A program made the translations under genes and the position numbers. The notes under the pieces were generated by a model, which was given only the letters and a program-made list of their open reading frames with translations, made no database searches and was not told where the DNA came from. A stretch of DNA of 64,000 nt, from NCBI RefSeq assembly GCF_009914755.1, contig NC_060947.1; one strand, 5' to 3'. Each line of letters starts with the position of its first letter. The stretch's first letter is position 1. Of the stretch, positions 32,615 to 44,203 are shown piece by piece. Origin of the DNA: the human T2T-CHM13v2.0 reference genome, Homo sapiens.

Positions 32615-33430
32615 CCAGAAACAGATCTAGGTTTTGTGGGACCTGAAGATGATACAATTTGAAGGATCCTCTTTAAGAAAAACAATTCAAACTTATAAAT
32701 GTGAAGTTCTATATGAAAGTAAAATGTCTTGAGAAATTGCATCGAATAAATTTTAAGAAATTAACATCACAAACCTCAAAGAATCTTGAAACACAACATA
32801 ATATTACTATAAATTAGCTGCCTTACATATCTCTATAATACTTTTCTTTTTATATTTTGGCTGTGTACTCCTTTATTTCCTCTTCATATGCAACCTTTTT
32901 ATAATACCATTTTCTATAAAGAGAATAGAAGGTAATTCAGTCTTTCCTCTAGTGTGTTTTTGTTCCTCTATCTTTATATTTCCCATGCTGGACACTATAG
33001 TTTGTGTTCTTATTTCATAAAAACTTTGGCCCTTCATTGGCATAGTAGTTCTGGGTTAGTTGGCACAATGGATGGCAGAAGTATTTCTGGAACCCATTCT
33101 TACCCTTGATTGGCTAACAATAGCTTAACTCTACGCAGTGACTGTCTCCCGCATAAATATATCTCGCTAACTCCAAATTAAAATTAAGCCCAACTCAAGT
33201 TCCCTCTGAAATGTCTGTGCCCACTCCATTGCTACCTGACATGAGTAGAAATGTGACAGAATGGAAAATTGTCATAAAAATAGTCAGTGGTTTTAGCAGA
33301 GCATGATTAAACTATCTTATTTTGCCATTATTCCAAAATACATAATGTTAATACATTGCTTATGCCTCTTCTATGGCCTTGGAAAGGAACTGTGTGAGTT
33401 TTACTTGCTTCATGATAAATCCAACTTTAG
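32615..33430. mobile_element. Ancient non-autonomous hAT-like DNA transposon (family uncertain)
   Basis: Terminal-like motifs agatctaggttttgtgggacctgaag...tacaatttg...ctctttaagaaaaa and gcttcatgataaatcca. Confidence 0.5.
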
Positions 33431-33644
33431 GTAATTGAAATAAACTGCACAGTGCTTCACCTTCCTCCTGTGGAGGTGACAAGAGGAGGATTCAGTGTGG
33501 AGTCAATTCTGCTGCTTCTCCCATAGAGTGAAGGTAGAATTGGGAAATTAAAGTTCTCATTTTTGCCCATTCATCACTCATCCTGGCAGGGGGCAGGGCA
33601 TGGGGTTTGGCGGGGAGGAATGCTTGTAATACTAGCTATGATAA

Positions 33645-33800
33645 CTTATTCATGTATTCAATCATTCAACATGTATTTGATGATTATGTGCCAGGCACTA
33701 TTTGAGATAATAGTGTCATTCCTATCACAATGGTGAGTAAAACAGATGCAATCTCTGTCTTCAGTGATCTTAAAGTCTAAAGGAGGACAGACAACTTACC
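33645..33800 (-). mobile_element. L2 3' end
   Basis: attcaatcattcaaca...tatgtgccaggcacta...gtgagtaaaacaga. Confidence 0.65.
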
Positions 33801-34799
33801 TTTCCATCTTTGAGTAAAACAAATATGTGAAAAGTAATAGAATAATTTGTCTTACCATCCTGTCCATATCTTGGCACAAAGCACTGGTAATCCCAGAAAA
33901 ATAATTCTCTAAAGTCCCATTCATGGCCTTGGTATCTGTGGTCTCTTTCTGTTCCTAAAACATGGCAGAAAGGGAAGGCAAGAACTCCAAATTGGAGTGG
34001 AGAGTGTAGAACCTGAGAAATCAACCCATCTCCAAGTTTTTGTTCTTTGCAGTCTTGTGCTTCATTGGATTGTGGACAATATAGAAGGGGTATAATTTCC
34101 TATATTCAACCAATCAGTGATAAAAGATTAAGAGAATAGGTACCACATGAAGCTTCTCTTCTTCTAGTCTCTCATGTCATTCCTATCACAGTGGCTGTAA
34201 AACATTTGTTGGCAATGTGAAGGCTTCCGTTATTGAATAGAGAGGAAGATAAAAGATTTCCCTCTATGTTCATTCTTGCCACAGACTTTCAGAAAACTAT
34301 CTAATTTCTTAGCACCTCAGCTGCATACCAGTGAAATGAGGTCAACTATACAAATTCCTTACTTATCTAATTGGGATACAAACTGCTGCAAGAATTACAG
34401 CTGTGAAGTAGTGGGTTCCAGAGGACTTGTCTGCGGTTACAGAAAATAGGCAGAACTCCGTGGGCCCTCAAGAAAGAATAACCATACAAAGTTGTACATA
34501 CCTAAAGAGGAATAATTTTTTTTTAAAGAAAATCCTTAGGCAGAAAGGGTTTTTAATCAACATTGAATGTTGAATCAATACTAAAATCAGTACTCTCTAT
34601 GGCCAAACCATGCATACTGCTCTCATTGGTCTCTGATTGACCTTTTTGTCTTGAGATATACCTTCACAGGAATGTCAGTATTCTGGAAATGGTGATGGGA
34701 ATTCTACTCCCAGGTAAAAACTCAATGAGGTAATGAATATGCAAATGACCTATTGTATCCACCATGCACATTACATTTCTTAAAGTCTGTTAAGCTCTC

Positions 34800-35058
34800 C
34801 CTAGGCCAAGCCATGTGATCTTTGGATGAGTCAAAGCTCAGGAAAAAAACACTGAGTTTGAATCCTCGCTCTGCAACTTTCTGGGTTCCTGTGACCTTGG
34901 GCAAGTTATCTAACAGCTGTGAACTTGAGTTTCCTTGGCCTATGAAATAAGGATAGCAATAACTCTTGCAGAATTGCTTAATTATTTAAAAAATTTATAC
35001 TCATATAAAGCATGTGCTATAAAGCAGGTGCTCAATGAATTGTAAGTATTACTAATTA
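34800..35058 (+). mobile_element. MIR
   Basis: ctgagtttgaatcctcgctctgcaact...gtgaccttgggcaagttatctaac...ggtgctcaatgaat. Confidence 0.8.
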
Positions 35059-35569
35059 TAAACTTCAGCACAAGAATAAGCTTTTTAAAATTATTTTTTC
35101 TTTCCAGTATTTAAACTTTGGGCTGGGAGAGATTTTATCGTAAGATTATTATGATGTGTAAACATGAACCAACTTCTCTATAGCAATTATTTTGCTGGGA
35201 AGTAAACAAGGTCATAAATCAATAATGACTCTTGCAACCTCAGGACTTATTGATCTTGCTGTTTGTCTTCTGTAATGTTCCTGGAAAACCCAATTATTTT
35301 GGGAAGTTATCCAAACTAGTTTACCCAGTATTCTATATTAGTGTTATTAGTAACAAGTTATGAAAGCGTTTGATTGATTTTCTTGGAAAACAATCCCTTT
35401 ATAGTATAATAGAGATATTTATTCAATAAATGTCTTAGCATATTACATTTCTTAAAAAGAACAAGTTGAGACAAGCAGCTAGAGATTCTAGAATCATGTG
35501 CTTCTTTTAAATTCCACTTTTCTGGGCACCATGGTCGAGAGTGCAAATAAGCACTTTAGGAAAAATTCT

Positions 35570-35740
35570 AGAGATATGTGAGTCCTGTCTATCTTATGGG
35601 GCTGGCCATTGGCAGTAATTTAAAGTAGAAGTATCTTTTAATATGTCTGGTGTTGTTCTCCAATACTCAGTATAGTGCTTGGTGTGGAGTAAATGCCCAG
35701 TAAATGTTGGTTAGATGAATGAATAAATGAGTGAATGAAA
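35570..35740 (+). mobile_element. L2 3' end
   Basis: tagtgcttggtgtggagtaaatgcccagtaaatgttggttagatgaatgaataaatga. Confidence 0.6.
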
Positions 35741-36059
35741 GTATAAGCAAATAAATCACAAATACATAAGTACTTACCCACTGTAAATGCTTGCGAAGGT
35801 GGCTCTACTTTCCTTCTCAGTACAAATGTTTTCTTGGATTTATAGTGATGTCTAAAAGGCCTATTTCATTAACACTGAACTCTATTGGCAAATTCAACTG
35901 CCTCTCTGTTCCCTTTTTCAATTTAGTCTGTTTGATAAGAAGTAGTCACTAAGATGCATAAGACTTTTCTTTATGATGGTGAGGTGGCTTGAATTTGAGC
36001 CTAATATTTGGAAGGCCAAAGGGAACTATTTATTAAAACAAAATGGAGTACAGAAGAAG

Positions 36060-36200
36060 TTAATGGTTCCCCAAATTTGTCTGATGGAAGAATCACTTGA
36101 TGTACTTGTTAAAAATACGAATTCTTAGGTGTCAGCCAAGAATCTCCAAAAGCAATATACCAAGTGCTTCTTATGACCAGGCAGGTTGGGCAAAGACTGG
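36060..36200. mobile_element. MER5B-like MITE
   Basis: atggttccccaaatttgtctgatggaagaatcacttga...cttgttaaaaatac...ttcttatgaccaggcaggttgggcaaagactgg. Confidence 0.6.
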
Positions 36201-37019
36201 GATAGGGTATGACTGTTACCTTGCTATCAGAAGACCAATGGAGCTTGCTTGAGGTAACAATTTTCCTTAACTTCTGTTTTCTCAGACTTAATATAGGGAT
36301 ATCAGTATCTCCCCAGACCACATCAAAGCGATTCTAGGAGAATCATAAGAGGATTAATTTTCAAACCTTTATACTGTATGCAAACTTTTGAAATCTATCC
36401 TGAAGATAGTAACAAACCCATCAGAATTGCAATGTTTCTGTGAGAAGACACCTTCATAGTTTGACAAATCCTTGTTTGGCAACCTCTCATGTGACCTTTC
36501 CAAAATCACTATGGCCAACCCACACTAACTAGGAGCTCCCAGCCTACCTTGTTTGTCACTATTTCCCTGGAAATGAGCTACTATATTTGTGCAATAAATA
36601 AATATTTAAATGTAGCAAAATATGTGTCTTTGCCAAAGGAAAACAAGAACCTAGTCTATTAGCAGGTTACTATTAGAAATTAATCATTTATATTTGGCTG
36701 ATTTTCTTGTCTAGACTAATATTCTGTCATTAGCAAATGCTCCTACAGGTATATTGAGAAGAAAATAAAAATAACAAAAACAGTTGTCACTACATTAATA
36801 ACCATTGTAATATTAATACCTTTTTAACTCAGTATGTGTCCGGGCATTTTCACTAGAATTGGGAATTTGCATTACTGGAATAAGACTTCTGCAATGTAAA
36901 AATGAAGGTGATAAATGTAATGTTAACCTAGCCAAGAAAGTACGCTTGGTCCCTTCATGGTTATTGCCTAATAAGATCCAGGCATGAAGAAAGATTTTCC
37001 CTTTATTTTAACAATAAAA

Positions 37020-37260
37020 ATTATTATTAATAAAAATATGAGAAAAGCTTTGAGCTAAGTGTTTTATATGCTGTATTTCTCTTAAACTTCATGACATCCT
37101 TCTGGAGCAAGTATTATTATTATCATCATCATTTTACAAATGAGGACATTGAGGCTAAAAAAGTTATAACTTGCCAGAGGTCTTGCAGCTAAATGACAAA
37201 GTCAGAATATGTATTCATCTCTGTAAAACTCCAGAAGCCAAATTCTTAATTACCATCATT
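37020..37260 (-). mobile_element. MIR
   Basis: cattttacaaatgaggacattgaggctaaa...aacttgccagaggtc. Confidence 0.75.
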
Positions 37261-37769
37261 TATTGATTTTTAACCAAAAACAAATAGAAACTTAATAGTT
37301 CATATTCCTGGTTTTTAAGATAATGTATCTTCATTTATTTATATTTCCTGCCTGATTTTCTTTAAGATCTCAAGAAATTGGTAATGGTACAATTACCAAT
37401 TGCTTTAGGCTAAAACTATTTTTTATTTAAATAGCCATTTCTAATTATTGTTATTAATAAACAACTATATATTTATATATGTATATGTATTAATATATGT
37501 ATATTTGTGTCTGTGTATATAAATATGTATTCATATTGTATAAATATGTATTCATAATGATGTGAAAACAAAAAACTCAAATTGTAACATCTGTTATCTT
37601 CATTCTGAAGCCTTTCTTCTTCTGGGTCTTCCTAGTTTAAATATCTATCCTAGTTGCTGCTAGGTACTAGTAGTTGGTGAATGATCCTAGGTTTGTGCTC
37701 AGATTTGACTGAACAGCTTTCTCAAGAGATTACAAGGTGACTTTATCCGGGTTTAAATTTCAATGTTGA

Positions 37770-38271
37770 TGCATGTTGGATTTTCTGGAAGCATAGGGGA
37801 GATAGAATTTGGCATAAGAAGTATTTATTAGGGAGAGGGAGGAAGCAGGATTAGGCAGAGGGAGACGTTGAACAGCAAAGCAGACTTGGCAAAGCCTTGG
37901 CAGACCCCACAGGGGGCTTAGGGGACCATAGGGCCAATCGGGGTTGCCTGATTTAGCAAATAAAATACAGGACACCCAGTTAAATCAAATTTTTGATAAA
38001 ATCACAAATCACTTTTTAGTATGTGTATGTCCCATGCAATATTTATCCCATGCAATATTTTGTCTGGCAAACCTACTCCCATTGGACCAAAATGTCTGGG
38101 TGTTTATATCCCAATTTTGATCAGTCATTGGATGTAGCCAAGGCCAGGAAAGATACAACCTTGGGAGAGGTGGCTTTTTGCAGTGGAGGCAGACCCTGAA
38201 GGAGCTGAGAGCTAGGCAACAAACCCTTCCACAAAAGGAGATCTGGGAGGCATGTGTCTGTGTTCACCACT
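37770..38271 (-). mobile_element. LTR16-like ERV-L LTR interrupted by MER53
   Basis: gggaggaagcaggattaggcagagggaga; gatcagtcattggatgt; gcagaccctgaaggagctga. Confidence 0.7.
37940..38075. mobile_element. MER53 (hAT-Blackjack MITE), internally shortened
   Basis: TIRs gggttgcctgatttagcaaataaaatacaggacacccagttaaat and tctggcaaacct. Confidence 0.8.
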
Positions 38272-38489
38272 AATTTATAGCCACGGGAAGTCTCAAGGCA
38301 ACTGAAAGCTCCAGAAAAAGGGTTTTAATGAAGGGATTTTAGCAGCTCTGAATTTTGCTGCTTAGTGGTGGATTTGCATTGATACTACAGAGGATTTACC
38401 TAACGAGAAAGCTCTTCTCAGTCAAGTGTATAAGCAGTGAGACTGGACACATATCCATGGAAGAAATATGACAACCGAAAAGTTTGGAG

Positions 38490-39507
38490 CAGGGCCAGCT
38501 TTATGGGTGTGTGACCAATGCAGTCACACAGGGCCTGGGCTCGGAAGGGCCCTGAACTTGATTTAATGCTTTGATGACTCTGTCTTGAAGTTATTGGTAA
38601 TTTTATCTCTTTTATTTTGTTAGTGAATTCTGATGGACAAAGGAACATGCATGTGAGCAGGGAAGAAGCACGCACGATATGTGTGTGTCTGCCATTGCTG
38701 GTGTCCCTGTTCACATGTAGTTTTCATGATGGCACATGAGTCCCCGATTCCTGTGGATTAGCTATCCATGGGAGTTCAGTGAGACTCAGAGTGAATACAA
38801 GATAAGCAGGCTACATTTACGAACAATAGGCCAGGACACTGACAGCCCCAGGAGGCCATGTTTTCTATTTGAATTAGAGCTTTCCTTGAATGCAGAAGGA
38901 AGGACATTGTATTCTAAGAAATACAAATCACCAGGAAAATCTACTATATTCTTTCTTATTCACATTATATTCTGGTATTAGCCAACCACTTATGCTGAAA
39001 ATGATGACAAAGAAGGAAATGATGAGCAACCCATAGTTATTTTTTCTTTTCTCTCAGACCTTTCTAACTCACTAGTAAGCTGAGGGTAGAGAGTGCTGGT
39101 AGAATGTGTGTGTGTATGAAGAAGTGAAATAAAAACAGTTAAGTTCATTTTTCCAGTGTTTCTACTGTTCTGGTAAGAATAAAATACATATGCATGTATG
39201 AACTATGAAATATATATTGGGTGTTTTTAGTGATACCACATATGAATTAAATGTTCTTATATTTGCAGTTAAAACTAGCATTGTACAATATAAAAGTGAA
39301 CAGTAAAATTCATGCAATAGTTTAAAATTTGAATTTTTCTTTGCTTAGAATCACATTAAATGGCTGATAAAAAATCTTAGCAAATCAAGAAAGAAACTGC
39401 AGAAGAAAGGAAAAGGCTTTATCTTTTAGTATCTTTATAGACACTTTTTGAACAGGAGGCCCTCATTTTCATTTTGTACTGGGGCTCAAAAATTATGCAG
39501 CTTTTAG
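38490..39507. mobile_element. MER45B/C-like hAT-Tip100 element
   Basis: Starts cagggccagctttatgggtgtgtgaccaatgcagtcacacagggcc and ends cattttcattttgtactggggctcaaaaattatgcagc. Confidence 0.8.
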
Positions 39508-39984
39508 GTCAGACAAATAGGATTAGCAAGTATAAATGGAGTGGAGTGAGGCGAGGATTCTGAAAAACAGTTTTAGGAGAGATTCTGGTCTTCCAGGATC
39601 ATGACTGTGGATGGATGGACTTGCACTACTTCTAACAATTTGTTATTTGTATCTTGTGACCTAACATGCCAGCAATAAAGAATGCTCTTTATTCTGTGAT
39701 CAATTATCAAATATTTATTGAGTCTGTATGGATATAGCAACGTATTAGGATATATGAAAGGGAAAAACTGGTGGTGAGTTACAGGGACAATAAATATCAG
39801 CTACCCTCAAGGAGCTTGCATTCAAATAATTGACTTTTCTAATTATTTCTAGATTCCAATATGTACCTACATCATAGTGCTTGTGCACATAAACACATAC
39901 AAACACACACCCCTGACATTTTCCTTCTTTCCCTCTTAACCATATTTTGTTCCCTTTCTCTTTCAGCTCTCTGGACATTGCTAG

Positions 39985-40200
39985 GATGGTGATGATGACG
40001 ATAATAGTGAACATTATTATAAGTACTTTACACATATTAATCCAGTTAATCCACATAATAGTCCTGTGAGATCTGTGCCATTTTAGTCTCCTTATTATAA
40101 ATGAAGAAACTGAAGCCCAGAAAGGTTAAGTAATGTGTGCCCCAAATCAAAGAGCTAGAAAGTAGATGAGCCAGAGTTTGAACCAATATGGTCTCCACTA
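39985..40200 (-). mobile_element. MIR
   Basis: aaatgaagaaactgaagcccagaaaggttaagtaa...gagccagagtttgaacc. Confidence 0.8.
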
Positions 40201-40249
40201 TACTAAACTATGAAATTTCCTCAAAATTTTAGGCAATAGTGACCTTGAG

Positions 40250-42149
40250 CAGTGGTCTTCAAATTTACATATGTTTATTGCAGCAGGAGAGAGGTACTAA
40301 AAATTCCAGCAAAGTTTTAGGAAATTATTATTTCCAGATCCTCAGCCTCATTGAGCTCCTTTTTAAGTAAGTGGTCTGCCAAGAACAAACCTGAAGTTGA
40401 GGCTGGTTCCCTTTCCCACCTCCCCTTTCGCAATACCCATTATCCCTTCTTAGAGAAAAAAGGCCCTCATGCTAAATGTTATTATAGCTCATTGTCCTTG
40501 GGTATAACAACCTCCCCTCTGAGTACCAACTGAAGGGTAATTTAAAGTACTGGTAATAAAGTTGAGAAAGTGAATGACTTTTAAGACTGTGTAACAGTAT
40601 CATTTATAATGCAGGAGTTTCAAATTCTTTATTATCAATAAATTAAAGGACATAAACAGAGTACTAGCTGATAGGTTATTAAAAATAATTTTTGATGATA
40701 AAACACTATGTGAATTTTGTTGTCATATAACTTAGAATGAGTTTAAGAACTAGGTGATGGTTTTATGACAAATCCATTCTCATTCTTTTATTTAAGTGAC
40801 AAGTTTTCTCAGGGTTTATGTTTATAGAAACAGATCAGAGAAAGTGAGTTCTTGTTGAATTATTTCATTCTAAGAATAAGTACCATTCATTCAGAGATAC
40901 ATAAATTAATTGTATAAATGTAATGCCATCCATTCATTAAAAAGCACATTTCTGTTAAGATTGTACTTTTGTTTAACATATTAAAAAAAACTCAACATCC
41001 CTGATCATTAGAGAAATGTAAATCAAAACAACAATGAGATACCATCTCCTGCCAGTTAGAATGGCTATTATTGAAAACTCAAGAAACTACAGATGCTGGC
41101 AAGGCTGTAAGGCTGTGGAAAAATAGCAGCAATTTTACACTGTTGGTGGGAATGTAAATTAGTTCAACCATTGTGGAAGACAGTGTGGTGATTCCTCAAA
41201 GATCTAGAAACAGAAATACCATTTGACCCAGCAATCCCATTACTGGGTATATACCCAAAGGAATATAAATCAGTCTATTATAAACATATGTGCATGCGTA
41301 TGTTCATTGCAGCACTATTTACAATAGCAAAGACATGGAATCAACCCGAATGCCCATCAGTGATAGAGTGGATAAAGAAAATATGGTACATATACACCAC
41401 GGAATACTATGCAGCCATAAAACGAAACGAGATCATGACCTTTATAGGGACGTGGATGAGGCTGGAAGCCATTATCCTCAGCAAACTAATGCAGGAACAG
41501 AAAACCAAACATTGCATATTCTAACTTATAAGTGGGAGCTGAACAATATGAACACATGGGCACAGGGAGGGGAATAAAACATACTGGGGCCTGTCAGGGG
41601 ATGGGGGAAGGGAGAACATCAGGATAAATAGCTAATGCATACTGGGCTTAAATTTTCTTTAATAATTGTTTATCAAAATCTGTAATGTATTTGTTGTTTC
41701 TGATCATTATTTCTAACAACAATTGTAATGACAATTCAACCCTGAAGAAAATTTTAATATGTAATGTTGTTTGATCAAATGAAGTTTTTAAAAAATAGAT
41801 TTCAATTTAAATATGTATATTTACTGCATAGAAAAAATAGGTTATTAAAAGATTTTGAAAGGTAAAATATGGAAATAGTATAAAATTTCTGACAGTTAAA
41901 AAAGAGCTTGTTCACATAATGATTTTTCAAATAAATGATGAGTAACACTATAGTAACAGAATCGAATGGATACCTTTAAGAATGATGTGACAGTTCGTTT
42001 AAAAATGTCCAAATGTAAAAGATATTCTTCATACTTGCTTAACATTATAATGAAACAATTTAAAGGTCAACTTAAAAATATATAAAGGGGTATTTAGTTT
42101 AATGCAACTTTTTATAGGTATACTAACATAAAAGTTCGAAGACCTCATG
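40250..42149. mobile_element. Old hAT-Charlie element (MER113/Charlie4z-like) split by an L1 fragment
   Basis: Degenerate TIRs cagtggtcttcaaattt (40250) and aaagttcgaagacctcatg (ending 42149). The AT-rich interior is continuous across the L1. Confidence 0.55.
40975..41652 (+). mobile_element. L1PA8-11-like fragment, truncated at both ends, no poly(A)
   Basis: ORF 41288..41524 matches the ORF2p C-terminus. The 3'UTR stops at gctaatgcatactgggcttaa. Confidence 0.9.
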
Positions 42150-42609
42150 ACCTGGGGAAATTATCTTGTAACCTAAGTATGTTATGTTCAATTCATCTCC
42201 ATTACAGACTACACACTCCTTCAGCTCTTTTTAATGCCCAAAGCATTCTTTGAAGTGATGAAAGTCTTGTGCCAAGAAGAAAGAAAGTATTAGAGAAAGG
42301 GGTGATAGAAACCCATCAATTGTAGTGTCTCCAGAGGGGCTGTTTAAATGAGCAATCAATTTTATTCTTCTCTTCATCGTGTTCAGGAAACTTTCAGCCT
42401 TCTTACTTATTTAATTTGAAAATTGCATCTCTCATAATTACTTTTGGACATACATACAGCATTGATAAGTAAAAAAGTATTTACCTTATAACTTCCCACT
42501 GGTATAGCCCTAGGGAAAAACAAGAATAAGATTTTATAAGTGAGAAAATTAAACAGGACAATTGTTTTCACCTTGGAAATGGAAAGCAAGATGACCAATA
42601 GAGGTGTAA

Positions 42610-42800
42610 CCAAGATAGAATGAGGAAGCGAATCCTTTCTGACTAGTTGTGTGTGCCTAAAGTTACTTATTTAACCTCTCTGAGACTTAGTTTCTTCAAA
42701 TAGGGAACGAAGTAATACCTGTCTTAGAAGTTTCTGTCAGGTATGAATGAGATTAAATGTGAAGAGCTTGGCAAAGTGTCCAATATTTTTAAAATGTTAG
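42610..42800 (+). mobile_element. MIR
   Basis: ttatttaacctctctgagacttagtttcttca...taatacctgtc. Confidence 0.7.
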
Positions 42801-42995
42801 AAATCTGTGGAGTTGGCTAGGGAAGGAAAGAAAGAAATTTCTTGAAAAAAAAGTAAGGTCAGGAATTCACTTTAATATATCAGCGGTTTCCTATTCTAAG
42901 TAATGCCCTTTAAAGGCTATATGATTATTTCAGAGATAATAGTCATTGCTAAGATATTTTTGTAATTTCTCCTTGGGGATTGTCTTCCAAACAGT

Positions 42996-43043
42996 AGTTT
43001 AGAATATCCTCTCTTAAAGGTTTAAAAGAGGATATTCTAAACT
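42996..43043. repeat. Inverted repeat: 23-bp arms (22/23 match) with a 2-nt spacer
   Basis: AGTTTAGAATATCCTCTCTTAAA gg TTTAAAAGAGGATATTCTAAACT. Confidence 0.95.
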
Positions 43044-43230
43044 TTTAAGAAACTTTTTTAGTTAGTTGTAGATTTGTATGCAGTCATAAGATAGAATACA
43101 GAAAGATCCTGTGTACCTCCTCCCCTAATAACATGTTCCAAAACTATAATACAATATCACAACGAGAGAGATGCAATCCACTGGTCTAATTCAGATATCC
43201 CCGGTATTATTTGTGTTCATGTGTGGATAT
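43044..43230 (-). mobile_element. L1MC1/2-like 3' end
   Basis: gttgtagatttgtatgcagtcataag...aatacagaaagatcctgtgtacc...aactataatacaatatcacaac. Confidence 0.7.
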
Positions 43231-43767
43231 TTGCTAGATGAAACCTTTCATAATTTTCAGTTATCAGGCCCTGCCTTCCTAATGAGAATCTGGATCAGAA
43301 TTTGAGGACCCCTAAAAAGGAAAACAGATGAAAATCCAGCAAAATCTTACTTCTTGGTAAAATGATGTTATTACAAAGTTGAGAAAATCTTCTTCATAAA
43401 ATACGAAAACCACAAAGCTGGAAAGGGAATGTTTGATATAATAGAGTATATCAAAACTAAAACTTTCTATACAAGAAAATAAACCATTAACGAAGTTTAA
43501 ATACAACATAGAAGCTGGGTGAAAATATTTGCTACAGATATAAAAGACAAAGCTTTAGTATTAAGAATAGACAGAACGATTCTGTGAATAAATATGAACA
43601 AAAACACAATAGAAAAATGGGGACTATATGCTAACAATTCATAGAAACAGGTTCTTTTCTCTCAGGGTGTTAAAGCCATTATTCTACTGTCTTCTGGCCT
43701 CCATGGTTTTTGGTAAACAAACAAAACAGACAAACAAAATAAAATAAAAAACCCGAATAAGTTTTTT

Positions 43768-44160
43768 CTGTTGTTTTTATTTATTTTGTTTTTTTAATTT
43801 TTTATTTCCATAGGTTTTTGGGAAATAGGTGGTGTTTGGTTACATGACTAAGTTCTTCAGTGATGATTTATGAGATTTTGGTGTACCCATCACCCAAACA
43901 GTATACACTATATCCAGTTTGTAGTCTCTTATCCCTCACCCTCCTCCCACCCTTTTCCCCAAGTCCCCAAAGTCCATTGTACCATTCTTATGCCTTTGTG
44001 TCCTCATATCTTAGCTCTCACTTATGAGTGAGAAAATACGATGTTTGGTTTTCCATTCCTGAGTTACTTCACTTAGAATAACGGTCTCCAATTCCATCCA
44101 GGTTGTTGCTAATACCATTATTTTGTTTCTTTTTATGGCTGAATAGTATTCCATGGGGTA

Positions 44161-44203
<43 letters not shown>

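Noticed and set aside
37465-37556. TA-rich tract with repeated tataaatatgtattcata
   Set aside because: Low-complexity slippage sequence, common in AT-rich human DNA.
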